A stretch of 64,000 nucleotides of DNA from Candidatus Coprovivens sp. (GCA_051892935.1 JBJFGS010000025.1:80813-144812), one strand, 5' to 3'; counted from the stretch's first letter, positions 38,616-50,928 are shown. The notes: generated by a model not told the origin, from the sequence alone. Numbers and translations: made by a program.

Positions 38616-40789
38616 AATTTACTTTTCCTTTCAACTTCAATTAAGAAAGGCAATGACTTCAAATCACTAATAAAGTTTTCCAATTGTGTAGAACTAGTCG
38701 TTTTAATTGTAAGTGCAAAAGTAGTACTATCTAATTCTTCTATAGTTTTAACAGATTCAATATAAACATCTTTTTGAGAAGCTTTTGTAATAATATCAAG
38801 TAACTGATTTTTACCTCTAACAACCTTAATAGTTATATCTGTAAGATAAGAAGAATCACTATTCATATTCCATTCAACATCAATTAATCTCGTACTATTC
38901 TTTATATTTGGACAATCCTTTTTGTGGACAGCTATACCTTCTCCTTTAGTAATATAACCAATAATAGGATCACCCTTAACAGGTTTACAACAAGTTGCTA
39001 TTGTAACTAAAATATCATCAGTACCAGCAACAATTATATCACCTTTTGAAGCCTTATTACTTATACTACCTCTATTATTAACTTTACTTAGATAGATATC
39101 CATAACATCTTTTTTATCTTCAAATAATAAATCAATAATATAACCAGCTGTATATCTTAAAGATCCAATAGATAAATATAAATCATCTAAATCATTTGTA
39201 TGAGTGTCCCTAAACACTTTATTTAGATTATCATCAGTCAATACATCAGAAAAAGATAATTTTCTTCTTCTAATTTCTTTTTCCAACATTTCCTTACCAC
39301 TATTAATATAATTAGTTCTATCTTGTTTACTAAAATATGATTTGATTTTACTTTTAGCCTGGCTCGTTTTAACAAAATTCAACCAATCTTTATTTGGATT
39401 AGCTTCTTTTCCAGTGTTAATTTTTACAATATCTCCATCTTGCAATTCATAATCTAAAGGAACAATTTGATCATTGACAATAGCTCCTATAGTTCTATCG
39501 CCAACACCACTATGAATACGATATGCAAAATCTATAGGAGTTGCACCTTTAGGTAATTCTAAAACATCTCCTTTTGGAGTATAACAATAAATTAAATCAG
39601 TAAGTAATTCATTATTTAAATTATTAGCAAACTCAACATCACTTTCTACACCATTATTAGCTTCAATAATATTTCTAAACATTTCAAGTTTATGTTCCAT
39701 CATACTCTGTACTTTAACAGAACCTTTTTCTTTATAAGACCAATGCGAAGCAATACCTTTTTCTGCAATTTCATCCATTTCATAGGTTCTTACTTGTACT
39801 TCAAAAAGTTGCCCTTCTACACCAAAAACAGTCGTATGCAAACTCTGATACATGTTTTCTTTGGGATTAGCAACATAATCCTTAAATCTTCTAGGCATAG
39901 GTCTAAATTTACTATGTATCAACCCTATAGTTAAATAACACTCTTGTACAGTGTCAACAAATACTCTTAAAGCTAAAATATCATAAATATCACTAAACCT
40001 CTTACCATTATCCATTTTATTATAAAGACTGTGAACAGATTTAACTCTGCCCTTTATTTTAAAAGGAATACCATTTTCTGTAAGAATATCAGAAATACTT
40101 TGTTTCATCTCTAGTAAATACTCATTTAATTGTTCTCTAGAAGCATCAAGTTTTTCCAAAATATCGTTATATACATCCGGTTTAGTATATCGTAGGCATA
40201 AATCCTCTAATTCACTCTTAATACTATTAATACCTAATCTATGAGCAATCGGAATTAAAACAGCAGTCGTTTCATTAGCTTTTTGCTTCTGCTCATCAAC
40301 AGTTAAAGCATCAAGAGTTCTCATATTATGTAATCTATCAGCTAATTTTATAAATAAAACTCTAACATCTTCAGAAAGTCCAATTAATACTTTTCTTAAA
40401 TAAGCAGCAGAAGAATCTTTATCATCAGATAATTCTAGTCTATTAATTTTACTCAAACTATTTACAATAGTAGCAATTTCTTCACCAAAATCCTCTCTTA
40501 TTTCATCTAAAGTCGCATCTGTATGATTTATCGTTTCATGTAAAAGAGCCGAAGCAAGAGTAATATAATCAACATTTAAATCACATAAAATATTAGCAAC
40601 TTCTAAAGGATGTGTTATATAATCATCACCATTACGTCTTTTTTTACCCGCATGTTTAGCTAAAGCAAAACTATAAGCATTATTAATTACATCCAACTCA
40701 TCTTGTTTTTTTACTATTTTTTTAATTTTTTCATATAATTCATCATAAGTAACAGGTTTTTCATTATTTTGTGTCATCACCAAAGTCAT
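38612..40789 (-). CDS. relA: Bifunctional (p)ppGpp synthetase/hydrolase Rel (RelA/SpoT family)
   Basis: HD hydrolase motif (HPLEVANIL...DAL), synthetase domain, TGS and ACT-like C-terminus, 725 aa. Confidence 0.9.
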   Translation of the reverse strand: MTLVMTQNNEKPVTYDELYEKIKKIVKKQDELDVINNAYSFALAKHAGKKRRNGDDYITHPLEVANILCDLNVDYITLASALLHETINHTDATLDEIREDFGEEIATIVNSLSKINRLELSDDKDSSAAYLRKVLIGLSEDVRVLFIKLADRLHNMRTLDALTVDEQKQKANETTAVLIPIAHRLGINSIKSELEDLCLRYTKPDVYNDILEKLDASREQLNEYLLEMKQSISDILTENGIPFKIKGRVKSVHSLYNKMDNGKRFSDIYDILALRVFVDTVQECYLTIGLIHSKFRPMPRRFKDYVANPKENMYQSLHTTVFGVEGQLFEVQVRTYEMDEIAEKGIASHWSYKEKGSVKVQSMMEHKLEMFRNIIEANNGVESDVEFANNLNNELLTDLIYCYTPKGDVLELPKGATPIDFAYRIHSGVGDRTIGAIVNDQIVPLDYELQDGDIVKINTGKEANPNKDWLNFVKTSQAKSKIKSYFSKQDRTNYINSGKEMLEKEIRRRKLSFSDVLTDDNLNKVFRDTHTNDLDDLYLSIGSLRYTAGYIIDLLFEDKKDVMDIYLSKVNNRGSISNKASKGDIIVAGTDDILVTIATCCKPVKGDPIIGYITKGEGIAVHKKDCPNIKNSTRLIDVEWNMNSDSSYLTDITIKVVRGKNQLLDIITKASQKDVYIESVKTIEELDSTTFALTIKTTSSTQLENFISDLKSLPFLIEVERKSKL

Positions 40790-40803
40790 CTCCTATCATC
40801 ACA

Positions 40804-41115
40804 TTATGATTTCAACTTAGGTAAGATAATATCACCATCACCAAGTTGTCCATCATTTTTTGCATCTATATTCATATATTTATTATGATAATAACTAACT
40901 ATTAAATTATTATCAGTATGTAAAATATCATCAACCATATCACATAATTCTAAACCAATAGATAAAGACCACTTATTAAATCGTAAATAATCCCAAATAT
41001 CTTTTTCTGAAATATTTTTAAACCCAGCTTGTCTTAACAATCTTTTCTTACTTCTTAAAGCCGGTTTAATTCTATCGTAAAGTTCTTCTTGTGAATTCAT
41101 AATAATTTCTTCCAT
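40804..41115 (-). CDS. ComN-like post-transcriptional regulator (DUF1507-type), tentative
   Basis: ELYDRIKPALRSKKRLLRQAGFKNISEKDIWDYL resembles the ComN/YrzD N-terminus. Start at ATG 41115 behind AAGGTGA. Confidence 0.45.
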   Translation of the reverse strand: MEEIIMNSQEELYDRIKPALRSKKRLLRQAGFKNISEKDIWDYLRFNKWSLSIGLELCDMVDDILHTDNNLIVSYYHNKYMNIDAKNDGQLGDGDIILPKLKS

Positions 41116-41190
41116 ATTAATCACCTTAACATAATACTTCAACACTTACATTATATAACAAAAAGAAAAACTTATAAAGGAGAAAAGCCT

Positions 41191-42474
41191 ACGAAAAATA
41201 AATTTATAAAATCAACTATTATTCTCCTTATAGGAGGATGTCTTACTAAAATACTTGGTTTAATAATAAAAATAATATATACAAGAAATATCGGATTAGA
41301 AGGCGTTACAATCAATTCATTAATAGCACCAACATACTCTCTTCTAATAACATTAGCAAACTTTAATATGATAGTATCAATAAGTAAAAGAATAAGTTCA
41401 AATATATCTTCTAAAAAAGTACTAATAAATTCATGTTATATAATGTTTATTTTAGACTTAATACTTATAATAATAATGTTTCTATCTTCAAAATATATTA
41501 GTATTAATCTTCTAAAAAACCCTAGTACTTATTATCCACTTCTAGCTTGTTCTCTAACACTACCCTTTATATCTATAGGATACATTATTAAAGGATATTT
41601 CTATGGTAAACAAAATATGACACCACATATGATAAGTAACGTTTTAGAACAATTATTTCGTCTTATAATAATATCTACCTTTATTCCAAAAATAACTAAA
41701 TATGGAAGTATATTAACAATTACTATATATATATTATTTAATATAATAAGTGAATCAGTATCTATCATAATATTTTTATTCTTTCTTCCTAAAAACATAA
41801 AAATTAAAAAAGAAGATTTGCAATTCAATTATAATGAAATAAAAGAAATATTAGGAATATCTATTCCCTCAATAGCAGGTCGTCTACTAGGTAATTTAGG
41901 CTTCTTTCTAGAACCAATAGTACTAACAAATATATTATCATATAAAGGTTTATCTATTAACTACATAACAACAGAATATGCAATATATAATACATATACC
42001 ATATCAACACTTTTATTCCCATCATTTTTTATAACAGCAATATCAAATTCTCTTCTACCAGAAGTATCAAATTATTATAGCAAAAACAAAATAAGCATAG
42101 TAAAAAAAAGAATTAAACAATCATTAATAATATCACTTATAATAGGTTTACTTTGTACTATAACAATAACCATTTTAAAAGAACCTCTACTAAAAATATT
42201 ATATAATACCAAAGAAGGAATAGAATACATAAATATCCTAGCCCCATTCTTCATTCTCTTTTACCTAGAATCACCATTAGTTAGCGCTTTAACAGGTATA
42301 AACAAAATAAAACATTGCACTATAATAAGTACAACTGGTATCATAATAAAACTCTTAGCAATAATAATTCTAGGATTACTAAACTTTAAAATATATTCAC
42401 TTATAATAGCAGAAATAATAAATATAATATATGTTACTACATTAAACTATATAACCTTAAAAAAAGCACTATAA
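41191..42474 (+). CDS. MOP-superfamily flippase-like membrane protein (Wzx/MurJ/SpoVB-type); canonical start replaced by ACG
   Basis: The in-frame region upstream of the first ATG (41368) encodes the expected family N-terminus KNKFIKSTIILLIGGCLTKILGLIIKIIYTRNIGLEGVT. It is preceded by AAGGAG-8 nt-ACG with no ATG/GTG/TTG in frame back to the stop at 41092. Confidence 0.55.
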   Translation, partial: TKNKFIKSTIILLIGGCLTKILGLIIKIIYTRNIGLEGVTINSLIAPTYSLLITLANFNMIVSISKRISSNISSKKVLINSCYIMFILDLILIIIMFLSSKYISINLLKNPSTYYPLLACSLTLPFISIGYIIKGYFYGKQNMTPHMISNVLEQLFRLIIISTFIPKITKYGSILTITIYILFNIISESVSIIIFLFFLPKNIKIKKEDLQFNYNEIKEILGISIPSIAGRLLGNLGFFLEPIVLTNILSYKGLSINYITTEYAIYNTYTISTLLFPSFFITAISNSLLPEVSNYYSKNKISIVKKRIKQSLIISLIIGLLCTITITILKEPLLKILYNTKEGIEYINILAPFFILFYLESPLVSALTGINKIKHCTIISTTGIIIKLLAIIILGLLNFKIYSLIIAEIINIIYVTTLNYITLKKAL

Positions 42475-42481
42475 GTGCTTT

Positions 42482-43114
42482 TTAAGACTTCCTAATAATA
42501 TAAATATGATTATTTTTAAAAAGAGCATAAAATATATTATCCAAAGAAATATTATTCCTTATAAGCACATCCTCTAACCACTTATAAGATTTATTAATAT
42601 ATTTTAATGTATCTTTTTGTACTACACCTTCAACAATAATAGGTAAAGGTAAATTACTTTTAAGTTTAAATGGTTTATATTTAAAAATAGATAATTCCCC
42701 ATTAGTTTCTAGTAAAGCATATTCAACTTCTTCAATAGAAGAAATACCCTTTTTTCTTAATTCCAATAACAAATCATCAATAGAATATCTTTGACTCACT
42801 AAATTCTTATATACAATCTTACCATCATTAATTATAACAGTCGGCTTCCCACCAAAAACTTTATTAACTATTCTTAATTTAACGCTTAAATATCCTAAAA
42901 CAATCTCTAATACAACTAAAACTGCAATCGGTGCAATAGCAAGCCAAATACTTTGATTAGTTTTTTCAATACTTAAAGCAACCAATTCAGCTATCAAAAT
43001 AGACACAATAAGATCTATTATTCCCAATTGGCCAACTTCTCTCTTACCCATAATTCTATAAGCAAATACAATAAAAAAATAAAAAAACACAGTTCTAAAA
43101 ATAGTATCAAACAT
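42482..43114 (-). CDS. DUF421 (YetF-like) membrane protein
   Basis: GKREVGQLGIIDLIVSILIAE... then a C-terminal soluble YetF-type domain, 210 aa. Confidence 0.7.
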   Translation of the reverse strand: MFDTIFRTVFFYFFIVFAYRIMGKREVGQLGIIDLIVSILIAELVALSIEKTNQSIWLAIAPIAVLVVLEIVLGYLSVKLRIVNKVFGGKPTVIINDGKIVYKNLVSQRYSIDDLLLELRKKGISSIEEVEYALLETNGELSIFKYKPFKLKSNLPLPIIVEGVVQKDTLKYINKSYKWLEDVLIRNNISLDNIFYALFKNNHIYIIRKS

Positions 43115-43181
43115 AAAATCACCTAATAATATTATGGTACTAAATAATTATTTTTAAACATAATATTAATTAGGTGATTAA

Positions 43182-43547
43182 ATGAATATAATAAAACAAT
43201 ATTCTTATATACTAAAATTTATTATTTTTATACTATTAGCAACAACAACTCTAACTATAATAAATTTAATTTATCCTTTAAATAAAACTACTAATCAAAT
43301 AGTAAGTCTAATTATAATAACAATCTACTCATTAATAATAGGAATAAAAAAAGGAATAAAATGTGAAGAAAAAGCATATATAGAAGGTCTTAAACTAGGA
43401 ACAATTAATATAATAGTATTATATATATTAAGTATAATTACCTTAGACTTTAGAATTACTATAAAAAGAACAATATATTACTTAATAATTATCGGAATAA
43501 CAACATTAGGAAGTATTATTGGAATAAATAAAAAAAATACTAGATAA
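43182..43547 (+). CDS. small hypothetical membrane protein (121 aa, 3-4 TM)
   Basis: RBS TAGGTGA. Hydrophobic throughout. Confidence 0.5.
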   Translation: MNIIKQYSYILKFIIFILLATTTLTIINLIYPLNKTTNQIVSLIIITIYSLIIGIKKGIKCEEKAYIEGLKLGTINIIVLYILSIITLDFRITIKRTIYYLIIIGITTLGSIIGINKKNTR

Positions 43548-43572
43548 AAAGACACAAAAGTGTCTTTTTAAA

Positions 43573-44685
43573 TCAAACTTTATTCCCATTTTCATCAAAA
43601 GCATAAATATAATTAACGTTATTATAAATAAACATATTATTGCCTGTAATTTCTAATACCTGGTCGTTATTAAAAACGATCTTATCATATCCTACATCGA
43701 ATTTATACAAAACATCATTATAAATGATAGTACCATCTCTTTTAATAATCAACTCATTAACTAAGATATCATCATTCTCACCTTTATACGAACCAGTATA
43801 AGTACCAAAAGATATCCTGCGCCCTTTTACAGCAATAGCATCAACATTTTGATATTTATCTTCATCCCCAGATGAAACATACTCTTTAGAAGAATTTTCG
43901 CTCTTTAGTTTATCAATCGCAGTATTAATATCTTTTTCATAAGTGGTATATCTTCCTATAATAGTCTTCATATCAACTTCAAAATTACTAGTATTAACTT
44001 GATAGAAAACTAATTTATATTTACCATCTACATAAGCTTTATTATATTCCTCTAATAATCTATCAGTAGTAACTTTAATATCAGAATCAAAAGCTTTACC
44101 ATTAATAACCTTATCTAAACTAGTATAAGCTCCATAATCACCATTAGAAGAAATAAAAATATACCAACCAACACTTTTATCAACTACAGAATATAACATA
44201 TGTAAAGAATATAAATGATAATACTTAGTACTAAAGACTTCTTTATCAGAAATATAAAAAATTTTCAAAGTATCATTATTACTCTTATCTTGGTATTTAA
44301 CCAACATTTCAGGTGTTCCATTAAAATCTAAATCAACTAAAGAAATATCATATTGTATATAATCAGACATCTCTTTTTGAATAAAAAGAGCATAAGAATC
44401 TCCCCAAGTAGTACCAGTTTCAAAAGATAAAGTACCATCTTCATTAATTAAAGAACCCCCATTATTATATTTCTTTTGCATAGAAACAAATAAAACAATA
44501 ATTATACATAGAACTAATACTCCAAAAAACATAATAATAGTCTTTTTACTCTTATTAGGATTTTTTAAATTATTAACAAATACTTTTGCTTTATTAGCAA
44601 TACTTTTATCATTTAGAATAGGTTCCAAAAGTTCTACACTATTACTACTTTGAGTATCTTTTTGATTATTAACATCACCATTCAT
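43573..44685 (-). CDS. hypothetical N-terminally anchored protein (370 aa)
   Basis: KKTIIMFFGVLVLCIIIVLFV anchor. No known motif. Confidence 0.5.
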   Translation of the reverse strand: MNGDVNNQKDTQSSNSVELLEPILNDKSIANKAKVFVNNLKNPNKSKKTIIMFFGVLVLCIIIVLFVSMQKKYNNGGSLINEDGTLSFETGTTWGDSYALFIQKEMSDYIQYDISLVDLDFNGTPEMLVKYQDKSNNDTLKIFYISDKEVFSTKYYHLYSLHMLYSVVDKSVGWYIFISSNGDYGAYTSLDKVINGKAFDSDIKVTTDRLLEEYNKAYVDGKYKLVFYQVNTSNFEVDMKTIIGRYTTYEKDINTAIDKLKSENSSKEYVSSGDEDKYQNVDAIAVKGRRISFGTYTGSYKGENDDILVNELIIKRDGTIIYNDVLYKFDVGYDKIVFNNDQVLEITGNNMFIYNNVNYIYAFDENGNKV

Positions 44686-44746
44686 ACTATCACTATCCTC
44701 CTATTATATAATATCACATAATAATAAAATTTAAACAAAAAAGATA

Positions 44747-45934
<1,188 letters not shown>

Positions 45935-46017
45935 TTATAACATAAATAATATTATATTAAAACTTGCTTTTTTATAAAAAAGAATTATAATAATCCTCGC
46001 AAAAAGGGGAAATTAAA

Positions 46018-46944
46018 ATGATATCAAATGAAATAAGTGCCGACGGAATAAAACAAAAACTATATCAAAAAGCAAGAAGTTTCAAAAATTTCGAAAATTT
46101 AAATGAAGATGATTTAGTTAGAATATCTAAAAAAGTATATTATAAACAAGAAAGCAATCAAGAACCAACACTATTAAATCTCGTTTCAAATAAATTATCA
46201 AAATATTTAAATACATTAAGATATTTAACAAATCCACAAATTCACATAGAATTACCAAATTACGATGAAAGAATAATATATTTAATAATGAGTTCTGACC
46301 CAGACTTAGTAATATATAAAGAATTTTTAAAAAGAAATATAACAACTATTAAAGAAATAAATAGCGAGCAAGATATCCGTAAAAAAGAAGAATTAATTGA
46401 AAAACGCAGTATTGAAATAATGGAATATCAAGCAAAAGTAAGAAGTTTAATAGGTTTTTATGATAGTCAACTATTAAAATTTGAAGAAATATATTTTAAG
46501 AAATTTACAAGTAAATATGAATTAATTACTGATGTAAGACAAGACTACACAACAAAACTACTAGCTATCGTACCTTTATTCAAAAATCTATCTCCATTAA
46601 GTCAAAAAAGATATAAAGAATTACAAGAAAAAGCAACAATATGGCTTAATGAAACACACGCAATAAATAATTTACACACAGTTGCATATAGTTGCAATAT
46701 CCAAAAAGAAACTATAGGTTTAAATAGTATATTAGAACAATTAGTATTTTTCATACTAGTTGCCGATCCTAATTTAAAATGTCTTCAAATATACGAAGAA
46801 GAATCAAAAATGAGCGAAGTACAAAGAAGAATAGAAGAAGAATTTGGTTATTATAACATTAACTTAATATTATTAGAAAAAATATACCATCAAGCTTTTT
46901 GTCCTGATAAAGAATTAAGTCCATGGACATTAAAAAAACAATAG
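46018..46944 (+). CDS. hypothetical cytoplasmic protein (308 aa)
   Basis: RBS AAGGGGA. No known motif. Confidence 0.5.
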   Translation: MISNEISADGIKQKLYQKARSFKNFENLNEDDLVRISKKVYYKQESNQEPTLLNLVSNKLSKYLNTLRYLTNPQIHIELPNYDERIIYLIMSSDPDLVIYKEFLKRNITTIKEINSEQDIRKKEELIEKRSIEIMEYQAKVRSLIGFYDSQLLKFEEIYFKKFTSKYELITDVRQDYTTKLLAIVPLFKNLSPLSQKRYKELQEKATIWLNETHAINNLHTVAYSCNIQKETIGLNSILEQLVFFILVADPNLKCLQIYEEESKMSEVQRRIEEEFGYYNINLILLEKIYHQAFCPDKELSPWTLKKQ

Positions 46945-46963
46945 AAACAAATTTCTATTGTTT

Positions 46964-48592
46964 TTATTTAGCTAATTTTTTAACACTATTTTTATTCTTT
47001 AATCCTAAAAACAATTTTTTACCAACAAATTTAACAGCTACAATAATATATGCACATGATAATAATAAATCAACACAGTTTAAGACTTTAGCAACCGGTA
47101 AATCAGGATAATTACTTAAATCAATTTCAATAGTACCAGCAACATACTCAGAATCCACCTTATCAATAAAATCATCACCAAATACAGAATAATCATATAA
47201 AAAACTTACATCGCAATGTTTCATATCATTACTAGCTCCCGTATCAGTACATACATTAGTAACTTGTTTCATTACAGGAGTATATCCATCTTCTAAAGAA
47301 GATTCAACTTCCACAATTTCATCTAAAGTAACATCATCATAACTCAATTTTTCATTAGTAGAATATTGTGGACCACCAGACTTCCATACATACCAATTAG
47401 TATCATTTAAATCAATATGTTCTCCATTCTTATTCAAAGAATCATTAATCAAACTTAAAGTATGACCATTTCCATAAATTCCTATTTTAGAAAAACCATT
47501 TCCCAAACATTTTTGTTCGAATACTTCCATTAATCTATAATAATCATTACCACTAAAATACTCTTCAAAATCTAAAAATACAGAAATATTCTCCCTATTA
47601 AGTTCAATTCCATTATTTTCCATTTCCTTATTTAAAACAGAAAAATATTCATCTAATCTTTCTTCATAGACAGATACTTTCATATCTGAAGAAACACAAA
47701 AATATAAACCTAAACTTATATCATTATTCACAACATTAATTATCTGATTAGTACATTCTTCTATATATGAACCACTATTATCAATATAATTACGAGGATC
47801 TCTAGCTACTTCAACTATAACATAATCAGAAGTTTCCTTAACTCTATTCCAATCTATATTAACTTGATAATTACTTATGTCAATTCCTCTTGCAACAGCA
47901 TAGCTATAAGTAACATTATTACTTACTGTATCAACTGTCTTATACAAATTAGGAATTAATATTACATCCCCAACATTTAACTCACTTTTGTCATTATTAT
48001 AAAAAATCAAATCATTTTCACTAAGACCAAATTGTAAAGCTAAAGAATGATAAGTATCTCCAAGTTGAACTCTATAAGAAGAACTATATACTAATTTGTG
48101 AGATGAATTTAAACCCTTTTTTAATATTATATTTGATAAATCTTCCTTAGCTGTAATACTACCTTGTAAATCTTTATGAATAGTATAAGTACCATCAAAT
48201 TTAATTTGACTACTATCTTGAACTAAAAAACAATCATAATTACTTAAGTCATATATGAAACGATTACAATCCACTAAATTTGAATCTTTACCATACATTC
48301 CTAAATACATATCACTTCTCTCAGCTTTACTAACAAAAGCTTCTATAATTTCTTTCCTTTGAGCATTATTAAGATTTTTATTTTCCATAACACCATCAAT
48401 ATTACAATAAACAGGTAAATCAATCTTATAATCTTTAACAATTGCTTGTAAATAATCAACATCTTTATATATTTGAGCTAAATCGTAAGCTTTAGTATCT
48501 AATATTAAACCGACACTAATATCTAATTCATCACACTTTTCTAGTTTAGCTTTTACAGCACTAATATTCATTAAAATCACTTGTACTAACAT
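46964..48592 (-). CDS. GH25-family muramidase with LysM domain; 5' region apparently disrupted
   Basis: C-terminal half has GH25 motifs (GIDISNYQVNIDW..DYVIVEVAR, FLDFEE, IGIYGN, WYVWKSG). Central LysM (YRVQLGDTYHSLALQFGL...VGDVILIP). See finding on the upstream signal-peptide fragment. Confidence 0.6.
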   Translation of the reverse strand: MLVQVILMNISAVKAKLEKCDELDISVGLILDTKAYDLAQIYKDVDYLQAIVKDYKIDLPVYCNIDGVMENKNLNNAQRKEIIEAFVSKAERSDMYLGMYGKDSNLVDCNRFIYDLSNYDCFLVQDSSQIKFDGTYTIHKDLQGSITAKEDLSNIILKKGLNSSHKLVYSSSYRVQLGDTYHSLALQFGLSENDLIFYNNDKSELNVGDVILIPNLYKTVDTVSNNVTYSYAVARGIDISNYQVNIDWNRVKETSDYVIVEVARDPRNYIDNSGSYIEECTNQIINVVNNDISLGLYFCVSSDMKVSVYEERLDEYFSVLNKEMENNGIELNRENISVFLDFEEYFSGNDYYRLMEVFEQKCLGNGFSKIGIYGNGHTLSLINDSLNKNGEHIDLNDTNWYVWKSGGPQYSTNEKLSYDDVTLDEIVEVESSLEDGYTPVMKQVTNVCTDTGASNDMKHCDVSFLYDYSVFGDDFIDKVDSEYVAGTIEIDLSNYPDLPVAKVLNCVDLLLSCAYIIVAVKFVGKKLFLGLKNKNSVKKLAK

Positions 48593-48689
48593 GTAACACA
48601 ACAAAATTATTAGTATGAACTACAGTATTATATTTTATCCCAATATTTTCATATCCAACAGTATTCTCATTCGATTTATCACTAGATTC

Positions 48690-48800
48690 TTATACTATAT
48701 TAGTTTTTATTAAAGCCCCAGTTTTTAAAAAAGCTGCTGGTGTCCCTAACAAAAATAGTATTTTTTCCAAAATGCTAAAAAACTTTTTACTCTTTTTCAT
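48690..48800 (-). pseudogene. orphan signal-peptide ORF (36 aa) with strong RBS, probably the severed 5' end of the muramidase gene
   Basis: AAAGGGGAG-7 nt-ATG, MKKSKKFFSILEKILFLLGTPAAFLKTGALIKTNIV then TAA. The same frame continues 42 more codons after the stop, and a frameshift is needed to reach the main ORF. Confidence 0.35.
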
Positions 48801-48864
48801 AAATACTCCCCTTTTTATATCTTTTATAATAAAAAATGAAAAAATTATGCAACAAAAAATGCCA

Positions 48865-48897
48865 TATAAAAAACGACACTTTACATTTTTTTGTCGT
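48865..48897 (-). terminator. Intrinsic terminator of queA
   Basis: Minus strand ACGACA-(14-nt loop)-TGTCGT followed by a T-run. Confidence 0.5.
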
Positions 48898-49951
48898 TTT
48901 TTAAATCATTAGTAATAAACATTGCATCTCCAAAACTAAAAAATCTATATTTTTCTAAAACAGCAATTCTATAAGCGTTTAATATATTTTCTCTACTAGA
49001 TAATGCAGAAACTAACATAACCAAAGTACTTTTAGGTAAATGAAAATTAGTTATTAAACAATCGATAGCTTTAAATTCATAACCAGGATATATAAATATA
49101 TCAGTATTACCAGAACAAGCTTTAAAAACACCATTATTATTAGTAGCAATTGTTTCTAAAGTTCTAGTACTTGTAGTACCAACAGCAATTATACGCCTTC
49201 CATCTTTTTTTGCATCATTTAAAATACTAGCAGTTGTATCATTCATAACATAATACTCACTATGCATATGATGATCTAATATATTAGAAACTTCAACAGG
49301 CCTAAAAGTCCCCAATCCAACATGCAAAGTTACATATGTAATAATAACACCTTTATCTTCTATTTTCTTTAATAATTGAGGAGTAAAATGTAGACCAGCA
49401 GTTGGAGCAGCAGCACTACCAATATTTTTTGCATATACAGTTTGATATCTACTATTCTCTTCAAGTTTTTCATGTATATAAGGTGGCAAAGGCATACTTC
49501 CAAGTCTATCCAATATTTCCATTAAAATCCCCTCATATAATAACTGAACATGAACCAAACCTTCTGTAAACTTTTCTACTACTTTAGCTTTTAATTCCCC
49601 ATTACCAAAAGAAATAATAGTCCCTATCTTCAATCTTTTAGCAGGCTTAGATAAACATTCCCATTTATTAGAACCCAAATCCTTAAGTAACAAAAGTTCT
49701 ATAACAGCACCAGTTTCTTCCTTAATGCCAATCAATCTTGCAGGAATAACCTTAGTATCATTAAGAACTAAAACATCACCTTTATGTAAATAATCAATAA
49801 TGTTAGTAAAATGCTCGTGTTTTAATTCTCCAGTAACTTTGTCCATAACCAATAATCTTGAAGAATCTCTCACTTTTAAAGGAGTTTGTGCAATTAATTC
49901 ATTAGGCAATTCATAATCAAAATCATTTACATTCATCTTAATACACCCCAA
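48881..49951 (-). CDS. queA: S-adenosylmethionine:tRNA ribosyltransferase-isomerase
   Basis: FDYELP..LIAQ.P N-terminus, 356 aa, colinear with QueA. Confidence 0.9.
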   Translation of the reverse strand: MGCIKMNVNDFDYELPNELIAQTPLKVRDSSRLLVMDKVTGELKHEHFTNIIDYLHKGDVLVLNDTKVIPARLIGIKEETGAVIELLLLKDLGSNKWECLSKPAKRLKIGTIISFGNGELKAKVVEKFTEGLVHVQLLYEGILMEILDRLGSMPLPPYIHEKLEENSRYQTVYAKNIGSAAAPTAGLHFTPQLLKKIEDKGVIITYVTLHVGLGTFRPVEVSNILDHHMHSEYYVMNDTTASILNDAKKDGRRIIAVGTTSTRTLETIATNNNGVFKACSGNTDIFIYPGYEFKAIDCLITNFHLPKSTLVMLVSALSSRENILNAYRIAVLEKYRFFSFGDAMFITNDLKNDKKM

Positions 49952-50016
49952 TCAATACCATTAAATTATAAATACTTTTTTAAAAAAAGTCTACACAAAA
50001 AAAGAATGACTAAAAA

Positions 50017-50928
50017 TCATTCTATTGATAGTTTAAATTTATTAAGTAAAGGTGTTAAAAAACTAATAACAAGTATTCCAAAATAAACACCAATATTAAA
50101 TCTAACTAAATTAATCATTACTGCAGCAACGATTCCTACTAAAATAGCATAAATAATCCTACCACTTCTAACAACCGGAGTTGCAGTCGATAAAGAAGCA
50201 ACAAAAACTGCAATAAACACAAATCCGCTATTAAAAGTATTAACTAGTAATTCATTAAATGTTACAACCTTACCAAAATATAAAAGTACACTCACTAAAG
50301 CATAGCTTACTAAACAAATAATAGGAATATCCTTCTTATAATAAGAATTAAATAATAATATGATATAACCAACTATGGCAAGCAAAGTTGATGTAACCCC
50401 TATCTCACCAACACCCATACCTAAGAATAATTTAGCTGGGTCACTTTCAACAACTTTCAAAGTAACTTCATGATAATTCATATTACTATATAAACTCATT
50501 AAACTTAAAACTAAAAACAATATACATTTATATAAAGCAACCCTATTAACACATACTTTTTGATCAAGAAACTTCATAACAACATCTAAAACTACTATTA
50601 AAGGAATAGTAATATATAGTTTATTAGCAGGTCCTGTAACCAAATAACACAATGTATTAATATAAGGAATAATTGAATTAATAATATTATTATTATCTTC
50701 ATCTTTTTTTATACATAAATAATAATATGTCTCAAATACATAACTAAGTATTACAATTATAATAGGAATAATTAAATATTGTAGTGATAAAAACAAACTT
50801 AACTCCCCAGACTTATAAACCATTAGCCCATTTTTATAAAAAGAAAATATTATAATAGGAAGTATACTAACTAAGTATAACATATTAATACCAAATATCT
50901 TATTTTTCTTTACAAACCCTTTTTTCAT
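50017..50928 (-). CDS. RnfD/NqrB-like membrane protein (tentative)
   Basis: Polytopic membrane protein with SLSTATPVVRSGRIIYAILVG segment resembling the RnfD FMN-Thr region. Overlaps the upstream gene by 4 nt. Confidence 0.5.
   Translation of the reverse strand: MKKGFVKKNKIFGINMLYLVSILPIIIFSFYKNGLMVYKSGELSLFLSLQYLIIPIIIVILSYVFETYYYLCIKKDEDNNNIINSIIPYINTLCYLVTGPANKLYITIPLIVVLDVVMKFLDQKVCVNRVALYKCILFLVLSLMSLYSNMNYHEVTLKVVESDPAKLFLGMGVGEIGVTSTLLAIVGYIILLFNSYYKKDIPIICLVSYALVSVLLYFGKVVTFNELLVNTFNSGFVFIAVFVASLSTATPVVRSGRIIYAILVGIVAAVMINLVRFNIGVYFGILVISFLTPLLNKFKLSIE

Noticed and set aside
46923-47111. 62-aa plus-strand ORF at the 3' end of the muramidase gene
   Set aside because: It is antisense to the GH25 CDS, has no RBS, and is probably spurious.
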